Source: a virus
Taxonomy: Duplodnaviria; Heunggongvirae; Uroviricota; Caudoviricetes
DNA: 64,000 bases
Virus record (IMG/VR): IMGVR_UViG_2799112923_000001
Reading direction: 5' to 3' (one strand)
Both the position numbers and the translations under genes were made by a program. Position 1 is the stretch's first letter, and the number at the start of each line of letters is the position of its first letter. The notes beneath the pieces are model-generated. The model searched no databases and had not been told where the DNA came from. It saw only the letters and a program-made list of their open reading frames with translations. Shown piece after piece: positions 19,344-29,847 of this stretch.

Positions 19344-19666
19344 TCAAAATCCTCTTGTAATTTTTGTAAAAGTTGTTCTTCTTTGTAGTGTAGCACAGCA
19401 TCTACAAGCATATCAGCATAAACATACCCATATTCTTGTTTCCATTTAAACATTTTTTCGTTTACACGAATATGGGAAACATCGTCATATACGGCTGTAT
19501 AAATTGAGATAGTAATATCTTTATACTTATGAATGTAGATAGTCCATTTCGTCACTACATCATCCAAATAGTCCATTTTATCAAAATCAAACCCTTCGGC
19601 ATCAAGATAATCTGATAAGTCCTTAGCCTTCATCGTCATCCTCTTCGTCATCGTTGAATTTATCAT
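19340..19666 (-). CDS. Hypothetical protein, DF-tail family
   Basis: Ends ..LQKLQEDFE; true start may be a later Met. Confidence 0.65.
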   Translation of the reverse strand: MINSTMTKRMTMKAKDLSDYLDAEGFDFDKMDYLDDVVTKWTIYIHKYKDITISIYTAVYDDVSHIRVNEKMFKWKQEYGYVYADMLVDAVLHYKEEQLLQKLQEDFE

Positions 19667-19775
19667 GAACCATACAACCTAACAAATAGCCGATACCAAC
19701 CATAATGGCTATCCCGGCTATAAAGCCAATGGCTTCTATGAGCATCAATATCTGGTCAATTAAAATTGTCATCAT
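19623..19775 (-). CDS. Small membrane protein (50 aa, not in ORF track)
   Basis: MMTILIDQILMLIEAIGFIAGIAIMVGIGYLLGCMV.. then acidic tail; TAATG-coupled. Confidence 0.5.
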   Translation of the reverse strand: MMTILIDQILMLIEAIGFIAGIAIMVGIGYLLGCMVHDKFNDDEEDDDEG

Positions 19776-20323
19776 TAAAAATCTTCTTCCAATTCTTTTT
19801 CAATGAAACGGCAGTTCATTAAATCATTCCAAATTTCTTCGTAATGTGATTTATCCCAATAGAACTTACCATCCCAAGTAATATCACCAAAGTGTCTTTC
19901 TCTATCTTCCACATACATCCACAAAGATGTGTAATCAACATTGTACAAGAATTTCTTAAATTCTTTCTTAATGTAAGACTGAGTTAAACCTGATTCTTTA
20001 ATGATTTCAATTAAAGACATGCTATTTTCATAGCCTTCTTCACCTGGTTTTACGATAGCGAGTTTATCTGCCAATTCATCATAAGAGAACAAATTGAAAG
20101 CATAATTGAATGGGATATATTTTTCTTCTCCATCTTCATCGTAGATACTTTCTTTCACAGTATATGTAAAATCAAAATGCCAAAATCTGTGTTGGGAACG
20201 ATAGTTCGCACGTTCCTTATCTGCTTTTTCTTTATCAATAATCTTTGCTTCTTTGGCATAGTTATTGTATTCATCTATGATTTCGGGATGCTTTTCTTTG
20301 AGATATTCTTCTAGGGATTTCAT
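19775..20323 (-). CDS. Hypothetical protein, DF-tail family; paralog of 42369-42902
   Basis: Ends ..EKELEEDF; shares L.....P.I..E and IKESG with 42369. Confidence 0.7.
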   Translation of the reverse strand: MKSLEEYLKEKHPEIIDEYNNYAKEAKIIDKEKADKERANYRSQHRFWHFDFTYTVKESIYDEDGEEKYIPFNYAFNLFSYDELADKLAIVKPGEEGYENSMSLIEIIKESGLTQSYIKKEFKKFLYNVDYTSLWMYVEDRERHFGDITWDGKFYWDKSHYEEIWNDLMNCRFIEKELEEDF

Positions 20324-20326
20324 AGT

Positions 20327-21179
20327 TTATCCCTCCACTACTTCTTTAATTTTACCACCATAAACTTTGTTCTTAATGAGTTCGTCAAGTTTCTTCTTTT
20401 CTTCATAAGCAATTTCCAAAGAAACTGAGCGAATTTCTTTCTGATTAAAACGCCAGGCGTTATTTTGCCAATAGTGATGGTAAAAAAGCGGAAGCGGGTC
20501 AGTGTCCCAGATTTGTACAAGATATTCGTCATTTTCCATCTTTACAATTCGGGTTGTAAAATCAGGGTGGTGTTCAATATGAAGAATGTCTTTTAGTTTG
20601 TTTAAAATACTCATAGTTATTTCTCCCTTAATGTTGTCTTTGTATTCGTAAATCTTCACATAAATCTGCTAATGATAGACTGCTCAAATACTGCAATTTC
20701 TTTTCATAACCTTTGGTTGTTTTATAATGATAATGTTGAACATAACCATCATAAATTGTTAATTCTCCATTTGAATTATAATCATTTAGATTAAAATGTA
20801 ATTGGTGATTACTAGCATTTGGTAATGGTATAAAATCATATTCCAATTCACAATCATAACCATAAATGTTTACTATTTTAACATTTGGAAAATATGTTGT
20901 TACTAAATCTATAAATTCTTGTTTAGTCATTAGAAAGCCTCCTTACAATTCTATTTCCTTATTCACAGTAACTTCTACTGTATATTCAAACAAATGAATG
21001 TCTTTATAACCTTCAGCCTTCAAATAAGTAATAGTTGATTTGGCATCTTTAGGCTTATCATACCATCGTGCTTTAAAAATATCAGTAGTACCATCTACAT
21101 AACTCAATTCTTTTGCAGTGCCCCAATAGACGGATTTACCCATTACTTTATAAGAAATGATATAATATGTTTTTGTCAT
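20327..21179 (-). CDS. Three small hypothetical proteins (20327-20614, 20628-20930, 20943-21179)
   Basis: Consecutive ORFs with GGAG-type SDs; starts trimmed to SD-supported ATGs. Confidence 0.55.
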
Positions 21180-21189
21180 AGTATCTCCT

Positions 21190-22380
21190 TTAAAAAGCAG
21201 CCTTAAAGTTATATACTGGTTTAATGATTTTTTCAATAGAACAAGTTGGTTCAATGTTCTGTATGATTTCTTCCATTGGTTTGTATGCCATTGGTGATTC
21301 GTCTACTGTAGCACTGGAAACACAAGTAGTATAAATGCCTTTCATAGCATCTTTATAATCTTTCATAGAAATGCTATTCTTTGCGTCTGCTCTACTCATA
21401 AGTCTACCTGCTCCATGTGGAGCACTGTAGTTCCATTCAGGATTTCCCTTTCCAATACAAATTAACGAACCATCACGCATATTCATTGGGATAATAACTC
21501 TCTCACCTTCTTGTGCCGAGATACTTCCCTTTCTCAAAATCATATTCTTAATGTCAATGTAATTGTGAATGGTAGTGAACTGTTCTTGAACCTTCCAACC
21601 CATTCCCTTAATAATTACATCCAACATAGCCTGACGATTTTGATTAGCAAATTCCTGAACAATAGCCATATCGTGAAGATAGTTATTGAAACTTTCGCCA
21701 CTCAAATAAGAAAGAATTTTTGGAACTGAGAAATGGTCATAGTCCTTCATCAATTCGTCAATTTCTTTGTCGGTCTTACCTTGTTCACGATATTTAGCAA
21801 CAATGGTGCCGCGTTCTTGTGTCTTTTGTTCACATTCTTTAATGGCAACATTCTGCCAGTATTCACATACAGCTACACCGAGATGACGAGAACCACTATG
21901 GATTACAACATAGAAATTTCCTTCATCGTCCTTGTCAATTTCAATGAAGTGATTACCGCCACCAAGTGAACCAATAGAGTTCAGTTCTTCTCTACGAACA
22001 TTGGCAATCAAATTATCAAACTGTTCAAAGTCTTTGGCAAATCTATGCTTATCATTTCGGTGTTCTTTACCACTAGGAATCTTTTCTTTGATTAACTTGT
22101 CTAACTTACCAAATTCAATATGACCTTTGGTCTTGATTTTGGCAACGAGCATACCGCAACCAATATCTACACCAACGAGATTAGGAACAATCTTGTCCTT
22201 GATAGTCATAGTAGTTCCAACAGTACAACCCTTACCTGCGTGTACATCTGGCATAATAGCCACATTCATATCTTTCGCCCAAATTTGGCACATCATATTG
22301 AGAATTTGTGTGTATGCTTCATTCTCAATGTTTTCTGTAAACACTTTGGCTGTGTTATATTTTCCTTGTATTTCTAACAT
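21190..22380 (-). CDS. rtcB: RtcB-family RNA ligase
   Basis: MPDVHAGKG, GVDIGCG, GGGNHFIE, HSGSR, HNY, HGAGR, DESPMAYK. Confidence 0.95.
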   Translation of the reverse strand: MLEIQGKYNTAKVFTENIENEAYTQILNMMCQIWAKDMNVAIMPDVHAGKGCTVGTTMTIKDKIVPNLVGVDIGCGMLVAKIKTKGHIEFGKLDKLIKEKIPSGKEHRNDKHRFAKDFEQFDNLIANVRREELNSIGSLGGGNHFIEIDKDDEGNFYVVIHSGSRHLGVAVCEYWQNVAIKECEQKTQERGTIVAKYREQGKTDKEIDELMKDYDHFSVPKILSYLSGESFNNYLHDMAIVQEFANQNRQAMLDVIIKGMGWKVQEQFTTIHNYIDIKNMILRKGSISAQEGERVIIPMNMRDGSLICIGKGNPEWNYSAPHGAGRLMSRADAKNSISMKDYKDAMKGIYTTCVSSATVDESPMAYKPMEEIIQNIEPTCSIEKIIKPVYNFKAAF

Positions 22381-22389
22381 AAAACCTCT

Positions 22390-22587
22390 TTAAGAATAAT
22401 AAACGATTTCCCTTGCGGTATCGTAAATGTCATCTTCAGTAATGGGTAAAATCTGTGAATCACATGCGTAATTGTTATCAATGATATGTTCCATTCGTGA
22501 AACCATTTCTACGGCTTCTTCCTTGAAACATTCGTGGATATACATTACCGCATCAATTACTTTATTTCTATATTCTGTTTTAGTCAT
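22390..22587 (-). CDS. Hypothetical protein
   Basis: ATGA-coupled 65-aa ORF. Confidence 0.5.
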   Translation of the reverse strand: MTKTEYRNKVIDAVMYIHECFKEEAVEMVSRMEHIIDNNYACDSQILPITEDDIYDTAREIVYYS

Positions 22588-22733
22588 TCAAAATCCTTTT
22601 GTAAATCTTCTAAATTTAGTTCTATAATGAGTTCTTTAATTCTCTTTTTTGTTGCTTCTTTTTGTTGTGGACTTAATTTATCATTAATGATAATCTTCAA
22701 TAAAACTTTTAATTCAACAATAGGGTCAATCAT
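22584..22733 (-). CDS. Minimal 49-aa DF-tail protein (not in ORF track)
   Basis: MIDPIVELKVLLKIIINDKLSPQQKEATKKRIKELIIELNLEDLQKDFE*; ATGA overlaps at both ends. Confidence 0.65.
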   Translation of the reverse strand: MIDPIVELKVLLKIIINDKLSPQQKEATKKRIKELIIELNLEDLQKDFE

Positions 22734-23071
22734 ACAAAATCCTTCTTGATTTCTTCAATGGATTCATCAATTTTAATTTCTTTCAAATCCAAACTTGCTT
22801 GACGATATGTATTCATAAAAATTTCGTACAAGGTGTCAATTTTATCTGTGGTTAAATCCCTACTATTGAAATTGCCATTGTAGTTAGAAGATACTTTATG
22901 ATTAAAAACAATGTTCTTATAAAAGACTACTTCTTGATTAGGATAACCAAAACAAATCTTTAATCCATTGAACATACAAACAATACCATTAATATCAAAT
23001 TCGTTATCATTGACGATTTCAATGTTGTTATGCTTACCAGCAATATAGTTAATGACTTCTGCAAGTGTCAT
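22730..23071 (-). CDS. Hypothetical protein, DF-tail family
   Basis: Likely start MTLAEV; ends ..IEEIKKDFV. Confidence 0.65.
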   Translation of the reverse strand: MTLAEVINYIAGKHNNIEIVNDNEFDINGIVCMFNGLKICFGYPNQEVVFYKNIVFNHKVSSNYNGNFNSRDLTTDKIDTLYEIFMNTYRQASLDLKEIKIDESIEEIKKDFV

Positions 23072-23792
23072 ATCTAACCCCAAGTTCATTAGTAAATTTT
23101 GCGTTCCACCAAAGCATTCTGTAACCATTTTCCGCAATCTTACAATTAAAACAATCTTTTGCTTTCTTGATAAGAGTATCGTCGGCATAGTTCAAATCAA
23201 AATACACAAATGGGTGGTCGCAAGTAAAATCAATATCAAACCCGCTCTTAAATGGGATGGTGTTAATGATAACATCGTGATTATTGACCTTAAATTCGCT
23301 CAATGGTTGCTTATTTACACGATTATCACCCATCATATTACGATGATTACGAGCATATAAAGTAAAATGTTTTACATTCTTAAATGCTTCGTTAGATAAT
23401 TCATATAAAATAGAAGGAACCACACTTCCATTTCCAAGAATAGCAACAGATTTAGCAGTTTTAAGAAAATCTGTAATACCACAATCTTCAAATGCTAATC
23501 TCATTGAAAAACCATCCCTAGAACAACCTATGGTTTTCCCCTTTGGAGTAATTCTCACGATATTTACACCACAACCAACAATTTCAACATTATCAATATA
23601 CTTACAAATGATTTCTTTGTATGGAGTAGTAACATTGAAACCTGTATAACCATATTTCTTCAAATAATCAATGGTTTCAGGTATTTTATCTTCTTCAATA
23701 TCAAAAACATCATACTGAGCATTAAAATCAGTATTGAAGATTTCTTTTGATTTTGAATATCCAATGTTTCTACCAATCAAAGCAAATTTCAT
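23049..23792 (-). CDS. aroE: Shikimate dehydrogenase-like protein
   Basis: LIG.NIGYSKS, GFNVTTPYKE, GVN, ILGNG, ARN, INTIP, DLNY, NG..ML. Confidence 0.8.
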   Translation of the reverse strand: MKFALIGRNIGYSKSKEIFNTDFNAQYDVFDIEEDKIPETIDYLKKYGYTGFNVTTPYKEIICKYIDNVEIVGCGVNIVRITPKGKTIGCSRDGFSMRLAFEDCGITDFLKTAKSVAILGNGSVVPSILYELSNEAFKNVKHFTLYARNHRNMMGDNRVNKQPLSEFKVNNHDVIINTIPFKSGFDIDFTCDHPFVYFDLNYADDTLIKKAKDCFNCKIAENGYRMLWWNAKFTNELGVRYDTCRSH

Positions 23793-24133
23793 ACAAAGTC
23801 CTTGTTAATATCCATTTTCATTCGTTCTACTAGGGATTTTTTATATCGTTTATATCGTTTCTCATAACCTTCTTTGAATGTGATAGCTGCTTTCTTAATA
23901 TCTTCAAATACATTTTCATCATCTTCATTATGATATGAGAATTTGTTTACATTTCTGTATTGTGGATAAAATTCGCATAAACCATCACGCTCATTATAAC
24001 GAAGAAAGTAGAAATTCAACCCAGTCCAGGGTGATTTATATTCAAAGAAATACTCATAGCCATAGCCAATTTCTCTCTTATCAACATACATCCCCATTGG
24101 GAGAAGAATATCTTTTAATTTGTCAAGAAACAT
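23789..24133 (-). CDS. Hypothetical protein, DF-tail family
   Basis: Ends ..KMDINKDFV. Confidence 0.7.
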   Translation of the reverse strand: MFLDKLKDILLPMGMYVDKREIGYGYEYFFEYKSPWTGLNFYFLRYNERDGLCEFYPQYRNVNKFSYHNEDDENVFEDIKKAAITFKEGYEKRYKRYKKSLVERMKMDINKDFV

Positions 24134-24291
24134 TAATTACCCCAACCACCACAATGCCACGAACTTTCGCAGCCTTCTTCAGGTGGGTCAGGTTCTTTCC
24201 ACCACGGATCTTCGCCAGAGCCAGCAAGAAGTTGGGACTGACAACCAGTTTCAATGATTTCCATTTCAGGTTTAATGTATTTCTTTTTCAT
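24133..24291 (-). CDS. 52-aa peptide with RiPP-precursor-like leader
   Basis: MKKKYIKPEMEIIE....QLLAGS then GEDPWWKEPDPPEEGCESSWHCGGWGN; AAAGGA SD. Confidence 0.6.
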   Translation of the reverse strand: MKKKYIKPEMEIIETGCQSQLLAGSGEDPWWKEPDPPEEGCESSWHCGGWGN

Positions 24292-24304
24292 TTGTTTAGT
24301 TCCT

Positions 24305-24679
24305 TTATTCGTAAAAATCTTCCAATGCTTCAAATTCTTTGTAGACTTCTTTCATTCGTTGTTCTTCATTTTCTTTGGTAGCATCTACAAGATAAACGAA
24401 CCATTTGTTAAACTGTGTGAGTAATTCATAGAGTTCATCAATACACTGACTACCATTCTCAAAATCATCCAGGTCAATGTGATACCATTTCAACTGAATT
24501 TTATTATTTGATGTGTAGTAGTCCATATAAATCAGTGCTCTATGCTGGTCATAAGAAAATGAATTACACCCGATATATGGGTCTTTAACATTGGTGCGAT
24601 TAAAAACTGCACCACCACTGTTAATTTCAGTTAACCCAATCTCTCTCAGGAGTTTGTAAACATCTTCTTTTGTTCGCAT
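24305..24679 (-). CDS. Hypothetical protein (borderline DF tail)
   Basis: Ends ..EALEDFYE. Confidence 0.6.
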   Translation of the reverse strand: MRTKEDVYKLLREIGLTEINSGGAVFNRTNVKDPYIGCNSFSYDQHRALIYMDYYTSNNKIQLKWYHIDLDDFENGSQCIDELYELLTQFNKWFVYLVDATKENEEQRMKEVYKEFEALEDFYE

Positions 24680-24852
24680 TACCACTGACCTCTTGCTGCG
24701 ATAGCATTTGCGATAATTAGCAACAGAAAGATTACACCACTTGCGAGAGTGAGTCTTCCTTCTATTGCCATAGATATTGTCATACCGGTGATAAATCCAA
24801 TGGCACCGATATTACAACCAAAAGCGAGTTTACGCATCTTTTCAATACCCAT
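24679..24852 (-). CDS. Small membrane protein (57 aa, not in ORF track)
   Basis: AGGAG SD; two hydrophobic stretches; TAATG-coupled. Confidence 0.55.
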   Translation of the reverse strand: MGIEKMRKLAFGCNIGAIGFITGMTISMAIEGRLTLASGVIFLLLIIANAIAARGQW

Positions 24853-24866
24853 AGTTTTTTCTCCTT

Positions 24867-25433
24867 TTACTTAAAATCACCTTTAATCTTTTTTAGTTCC
24901 TGATTTTGCTTTTCTCGTTTGTCAAGAAAATCCATCAAAGAATCAACAAAGATTTTATGATTTTCAACCATTGTCGGATATTGTTTAATAAAATTCTTTG
25001 TTGTAATTCTGTTATCTTTTTCGTATGGATTTATGTAATAGATTTCAAGATTTTGTTTGTATTGCGGTTGCTTTTCAATACAATTATTAAATACACCCAT
25101 AAAATCAATTACATCTTTGAGTTTCAATTCTGTATATTCTTTACGATAGTCATCTCCAAGGGCACGAAGAATTTCAGGTCTTTTAATCCAAACATAAACA
25201 CTAATTTTGTTTCCGTTTGGAGTGAAATTTATCCCCAACATAGGTTCTTGCCGGTTTTCATAATTCCAATCTGGAACATTCATTTTTTCAATTCGGAACT
25301 GGTGAGGCATACTAGCCGCAGGAACTTTAGTTCTCGGTTTTACATGATGATGCCAAAAATTACAATAAGCAAATACATCGTGTGTATATAAAACCTTCAT
25401 CCAATTCAACAATGCGTCAGTAGCTGGCTTCAT
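24867..25433 (-). CDS. Hypothetical protein, DF-tail family
   Basis: Ends ..LKKIKGDFK. Confidence 0.7.
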   Translation of the reverse strand: MKPATDALLNWMKVLYTHDVFAYCNFWHHHVKPRTKVPAASMPHQFRIEKMNVPDWNYENRQEPMLGINFTPNGNKISVYVWIKRPEILRALGDDYRKEYTELKLKDVIDFMGVFNNCIEKQPQYKQNLEIYYINPYEKDNRITTKNFIKQYPTMVENHKIFVDSLMDFLDKREKQNQELKKIKGDFK

Positions 25434-25444
25434 TGGATTTCTCC

Positions 25445-25801
25445 TTACTTAACCAAAAGAACACCATCTGTAATCGTCTGTGCCACAGCACCACCATTAT
25501 CAAAACGGATAATTGCGATAATGAATAGAATACCCATTACGAATGAAACGAAATACTTAATTGGGTGGGTTTTAGAGTTGCTTTCTTTACCAAGGAATAG
25601 GAATTTACCACCAACACCATAAATTAGACCAATGGCGAGTGCCCAGGTTCCACCAAAAACGGCTGCGAGAATATAGAATGTTAGTCCAACGAAAAATCCA
25701 AAAACCTCCATTCCATCACATTTATCTGCTACGATGTCATAAATGAAACCGATAATGGCGAGACCGATAGCAACGAGAATAAGAACATTGAGCATCTGCA
25801 T
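25445..25801 (-). CDS. Multi-pass membrane protein
   Basis: 3-4 hydrophobic segments; first gene behind an early promoter. Confidence 0.65.
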   Translation of the reverse strand: MQMLNVLILVAIGLAIIGFIYDIVADKCDGMEVFGFFVGLTFYILAAVFGGTWALAIGLIYGVGGKFLFLGKESNSKTHPIKYFVSFVMGILFIIAIIRFDNGGAVAQTITDGVLLVK

Positions 25802-25843
25802 ATATTGTACCTCTTTTGTTAGTTGTGGTTAATTGTTAAGTAC

Positions 25844-25910
25844 AATATAGCAAAAAATCCATTGTTTGTCAATGTATTAAATATGTAAAATATGTAAAAT
25901 TTTGTTTACA
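25844..25910 (-). promoter_or_regulatory. Early sigma70-type promoter with upstream palindrome
   Basis: TTGACA-N17-TATATT; TGTAAA-N6-TTTACA at 25893-25910. Confidence 0.75.
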
Positions 25911-26503
25911 TTACCCCACAAAATCGTAGGAAATATAACTGCCTTCGTTAATATCTTTTAACATATTCACGAAATGTTTCGGTATAACTTCTTCCGCAAA
26001 CTCACCTGTGTAATATGTAAATTTCTTTTCTGTAATGTTGCCGATTAGTACACAAATTTTTTCAGTTTCTTTAATGAAATAAATTGTGTAAAATCCACCG
26101 GTCATATCCAATTTCTTATTATAGAACTGAACTACAGTATAGATTATTTCATCGTTTTCAAAGAATTTACACCCAGGAAAAAAGGCTCTCAGTTCTAGTT
26201 TGAACAAATCTTCGGTAATTTCATTTGGTGAAAGATACCGAAAATTCCAAGGTTTATACATTTCTCTTTTTACTAAGTATTGTCGCATTCTTTATTCTCC
26301 GGTGTTTCTGTGTTAGTAGTTTCACCAGTTGTTTCTTCAATCAAATCATCTGCCAAATCAAGATTCTTTTTAGCCGTTTCTGCTTCTTTTTCACCTTCTT
26401 GCTTGATAGTGGCTCTGATTTCTTCTTCATCATGTCGGTCAATGTATTTCAACATTCTACCGAGTTCGGCAAAATCGCCCAATGTTAATTTTTCGTTATC
26501 CAT
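25911..26503 (-). CDS. Two hypothetical proteins (25911-26288, 26273-26503)
   Basis: Consecutive ORFs. Confidence 0.55.
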
Positions 26504-28298
26504 TATACAAAATCCTTTTCTAAATCGTTAAGTTTCTTTTCAAATCTTTTTTGTTTTAACAATTTAAATTTAGTATTTAATTCGTATTCTAGGTCTTCAA
26601 TTTTTCTAAATTGTTTAGCACCAATAATTGTGTACATTTCTGTGGTTTGAAATTGTGGATAGTAAGTAGCAAGACGATAGTCAGCCAAATTTGGAGCATA
26701 AAGATAATAATTTGTTCCATCAAAGTTAATATCGGTCTTTACCAAACAATTATATTTCTTTGCTAAATCTTCAAATTCTTTAAGATACATTATTCAAAAT
26801 CCTTTTTGATTTCTTTAACTTTATTCTTGATAGCCAATTCTTTTTCTATCCTTTGAGCTTCGTAAACTAAAGCCATAAAATCATCAATATCTTTTTCATT
26901 CAAATCCATATTTTCGGAAGCACAGTATTCGTGTGGTAATTCTTTCCATTTTACTTGCCCACGATAAACATAAATTCTACCTTTTGGAACTGCACTACCA
27001 CAAAAACTTGGTGGACTAAACACATCAATGCGTTCTTGCCAACCCTTAGCCCAAGGAACATCTTTGCTATAAATCCAAAGACCATGTATGAAATCTTCTT
27101 CAGGATATTTACCATTATTGAAGAATAACTCACCATCATAACTGGCGTGTAATTCAGGATATTTCTTTAGCATTTTCAAACACAATTCGTGTGATGGTAT
27201 GTATTGTTTTTCTAGTTTGAAATGTTCCATTATTCAAAATCCTTTTCTACTTCTTTTACGAGTAAATCATTCTGTACCATTTTAAATCCCTTCTCCAATA
27301 GTGATAACATTTCTTGGAGTTTTTCCTTAGTCAATCCAACAATCTCGTCAGTTTCCGGGTCATAATCAAAATCGGAATTATATTTAGATAAATGGGCTGT
27401 GTAATAGCCTGAAAAAACACTACCAGGTTTAACTGCTGGATAAATCAAGACTTCTTTTCTCTGTTTACTAATAAAGAAATCATAGCCATCCTGTAGCTGT
27501 TCATTTACTACACTGATTACACTTGATTCGTATTTGAAATTCAAATTAGTGTATTCTTCACAAATTCTAGCTGCTTCAAGGTAAGTCATCTAAAATCCCT
27601 CTCTAAATCTTTTAAGTTTTTCTTTTCAACTGCTTTCTTTAAATTTACACTCAAATCGTCAAGATATGTTTTCAATCGCTTTTCGGTCAATCCAAAAATT
27701 TCATTTCTTTTATAATGATACTCAGATCCATTTTCATCATAATCATTTGTGTAATAGTTTAGTTCACGAGGTTCATAGCAAACTTTAGGATAGAACACCA
27801 CAAGTTTAGTACAAGTATCTACAATCATCATAAAATAATCGTAGCCATTAGGAAAAAGTGGTGATAAGATTTTAACCTGATTGATACTATCAGTCTCTAA
27901 GTTAAGACCTGGATATTCCAAACATATTTTAAAAACTTCTTTAAAAGTCATTCAAAATCCTTGTCTAGTTCTTTTAATGCTCGTTTTTCCAATGTTTCTA
28001 CAAAATCTTTATGAAATAACTGTAGATATTTCTGTAATGTTTCTTCGGTCAAACCAACAATTTCATCATTTTCAATACGATAACGATATGTTAATACATT
28101 ATCGTGAACAGTTTCGTATTCGTTTTGAAACCCAGGTTTAATTCGGCAGAAAACAGAAATTTGACGAATTTTTTCCAAACAAAAGAAATAGTCCCAGTCA
28201 TGGTTAAACAAATCACTGTTAACAACGATTTCAAAGCCATTAAATTCAAATGGCAAACCGCTTTCTTTACAAATTTCTCTTACAGTTTCAATGTTCAT
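26503..28298 (-). CDS. Five coupled DF-tail proteins (26503-26790, 26790-27230, 27230-27589, 27586-27951, 27948-28298)
   Basis: End LEKDFV, IKKDFE, VEKDFE, LERDFR, LDKDFE; the last three are tandem paralogs ((Y/W)D(F/Y)F, EI.GLT). Confidence 0.75.
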
Positions 28299-29221
28299 TT
28301 AATCCCAATCGTCATTATCGTGCTGAGTGAGTTCATCCCAATGCTTGTTCATAATGGCATATTTAACTGCCTTAACACCAGCATTGAATTTACATTCAAT
28401 ATCTTCGGAAACATCATTCTTGTTATACTTCGGAACAACCAACTTGGCTGCTACCTGGAATAATCCCCACAACCAACTTCGCTTAACACGAACAATGTTA
28501 AACTTAACCACAACATTTTCAATGATACGAGTTTCTGTGTGGAGAATTTCGGTTTTCTTTGTGTAAATCTTATTCATTAGTAATTTACCTCGTCAAGTTT
28601 TTGGTTAAAAATTCGTTTGTTGTAAACATAATTGTCAATTCTCAAACTATCCGTAATTGTTGGCTTAATCTTAATCGTGAATACTGGACCAGTCCAATAT
28701 CTGGTCATTCCACTATCTACCCATTGGTGAAAAGTCAACTTCGTCTTTCTGTAACGAACATAAAGACCTGGAAATTCTTGTCTAATCTCACCCAATGTAA
28801 TTTTATCGTCAAATTCCAACTGTAATTCATTGAGTTCTTTTTGATTTTGGAACTTCTTCAGGTCCAGTTGAATTTGTTCACGAACTAAATTGTTCCATTC
28901 ATCCAAAGATGGGAGAATTTCTTCCGGGTGATAAGCACTATTAACAAGATTATCAAATTGTTTCCTAGAAATTATCTTATATGGTTGGTGACGCACTTCA
29001 CAAAACAAATCATCAGGATAATAATAACAGAAATAACCACATTTTCTAGTTTCTACATACATTTTTGAAGAGTGTGGGTAAATACTCAACTGAAGAGTTT
29101 CACAGGCTTTTCGTGTTGGATAAAACAGACTGTAATCTGTCATTTCCACGCCTGTGGCATTCTTCAATTCGGCTAAAATCCGAGTTTTGTATTCGTTTTG
29201 TTTCTTCCTAGTTAATCTCAT
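28299..29221 (-). CDS. Two hypothetical proteins (28299-28577, 28577-29221)
   Basis: Coupled ORFs; the second has an internal tail-like segment QKELNELQLEFD. Confidence 0.6.
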
Positions 29222-29517
29222 TTAAAATCCCTTTGTAAATCAATGAGCATACATTTTTCTTTATGGTCTTTAATTCTGTTAAAGAATTTTCCACATTCAT
29301 TTTCCAATTTATTTTTGTCAATATCTTTAATAAAGAACCATCGTGTGTGTTGTCCTGCGTCTTCGGGACATAACATAATGGAATTATTCACTTCAAAAGA
29401 CGCAAAGAAATAGACGTCATAAAGAAATTCCTGATTTCTTTCAACAAATTCAAATCCTGCGTCAATTAGAAATGTTTTAATTTCATTTTTAGTCAATTTT
29501 AATACCCAACGATTCAA
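29218..29517 (-). CDS. Hypothetical protein, DF-tail family
   Basis: Ends ..LIDLQRDFK; start uncertain. Confidence 0.65.
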   Translation of the reverse strand: MNRWVLKLTKNEIKTFLIDAGFEFVERNQEFLYDVYFFASFEVNNSIMLCPEDAGQHTRWFFIKDIDKNKLENECGKFFNRIKDHKEKCMLIDLQRDFK

Positions 29518-29758
29518 AATTAGATTTCAAGAAAGCCTCCCAATCACGATGGTAATGGGTGTTCCACCAAGTCCAGTCAATCTTTGGAGCAATAGGTTCC
29601 ATTGTATTGCTAAAAATCGCGGCCAACAAATGACGGCTATCTTTATCGGAAAGATACTTAGGATAAATCGCAAATTCATCAAACATAATAAATGGAGCCC
29701 TGCGAAGATTCAACTTGGAAAAATATTCAGTTACCATTTCGCTAGTGATTGTTGCCAT
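29489..29758 (-). CDS. Hypothetical early protein
   Basis: GAGGT SD, directly behind an early promoter. Confidence 0.6.
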   Translation of the reverse strand: MATITSEMVTEYFSKLNLRRAPFIMFDEFAIYPKYLSDKDSRHLLAAIFSNTMEPIAPKIDWTWWNTHYHRDWEAFLKSNFESLGIKID

Positions 29759-29791
29759 TTGTTACCTCTCTTTTAATTGTTTACATAGTAT

Positions 29792-29847
29792 AATATAGTA
29801 ATAAATTACACAGTTGTCAATTAAAAGAATGTAAAAATTATCTTACA
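29792..29847 (-). promoter_or_regulatory. Early promoter with upstream palindrome
   Basis: TTGACA-N17-TATATT; TGTAAA-N6-CTTACA at 29830-29847. Confidence 0.75.
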
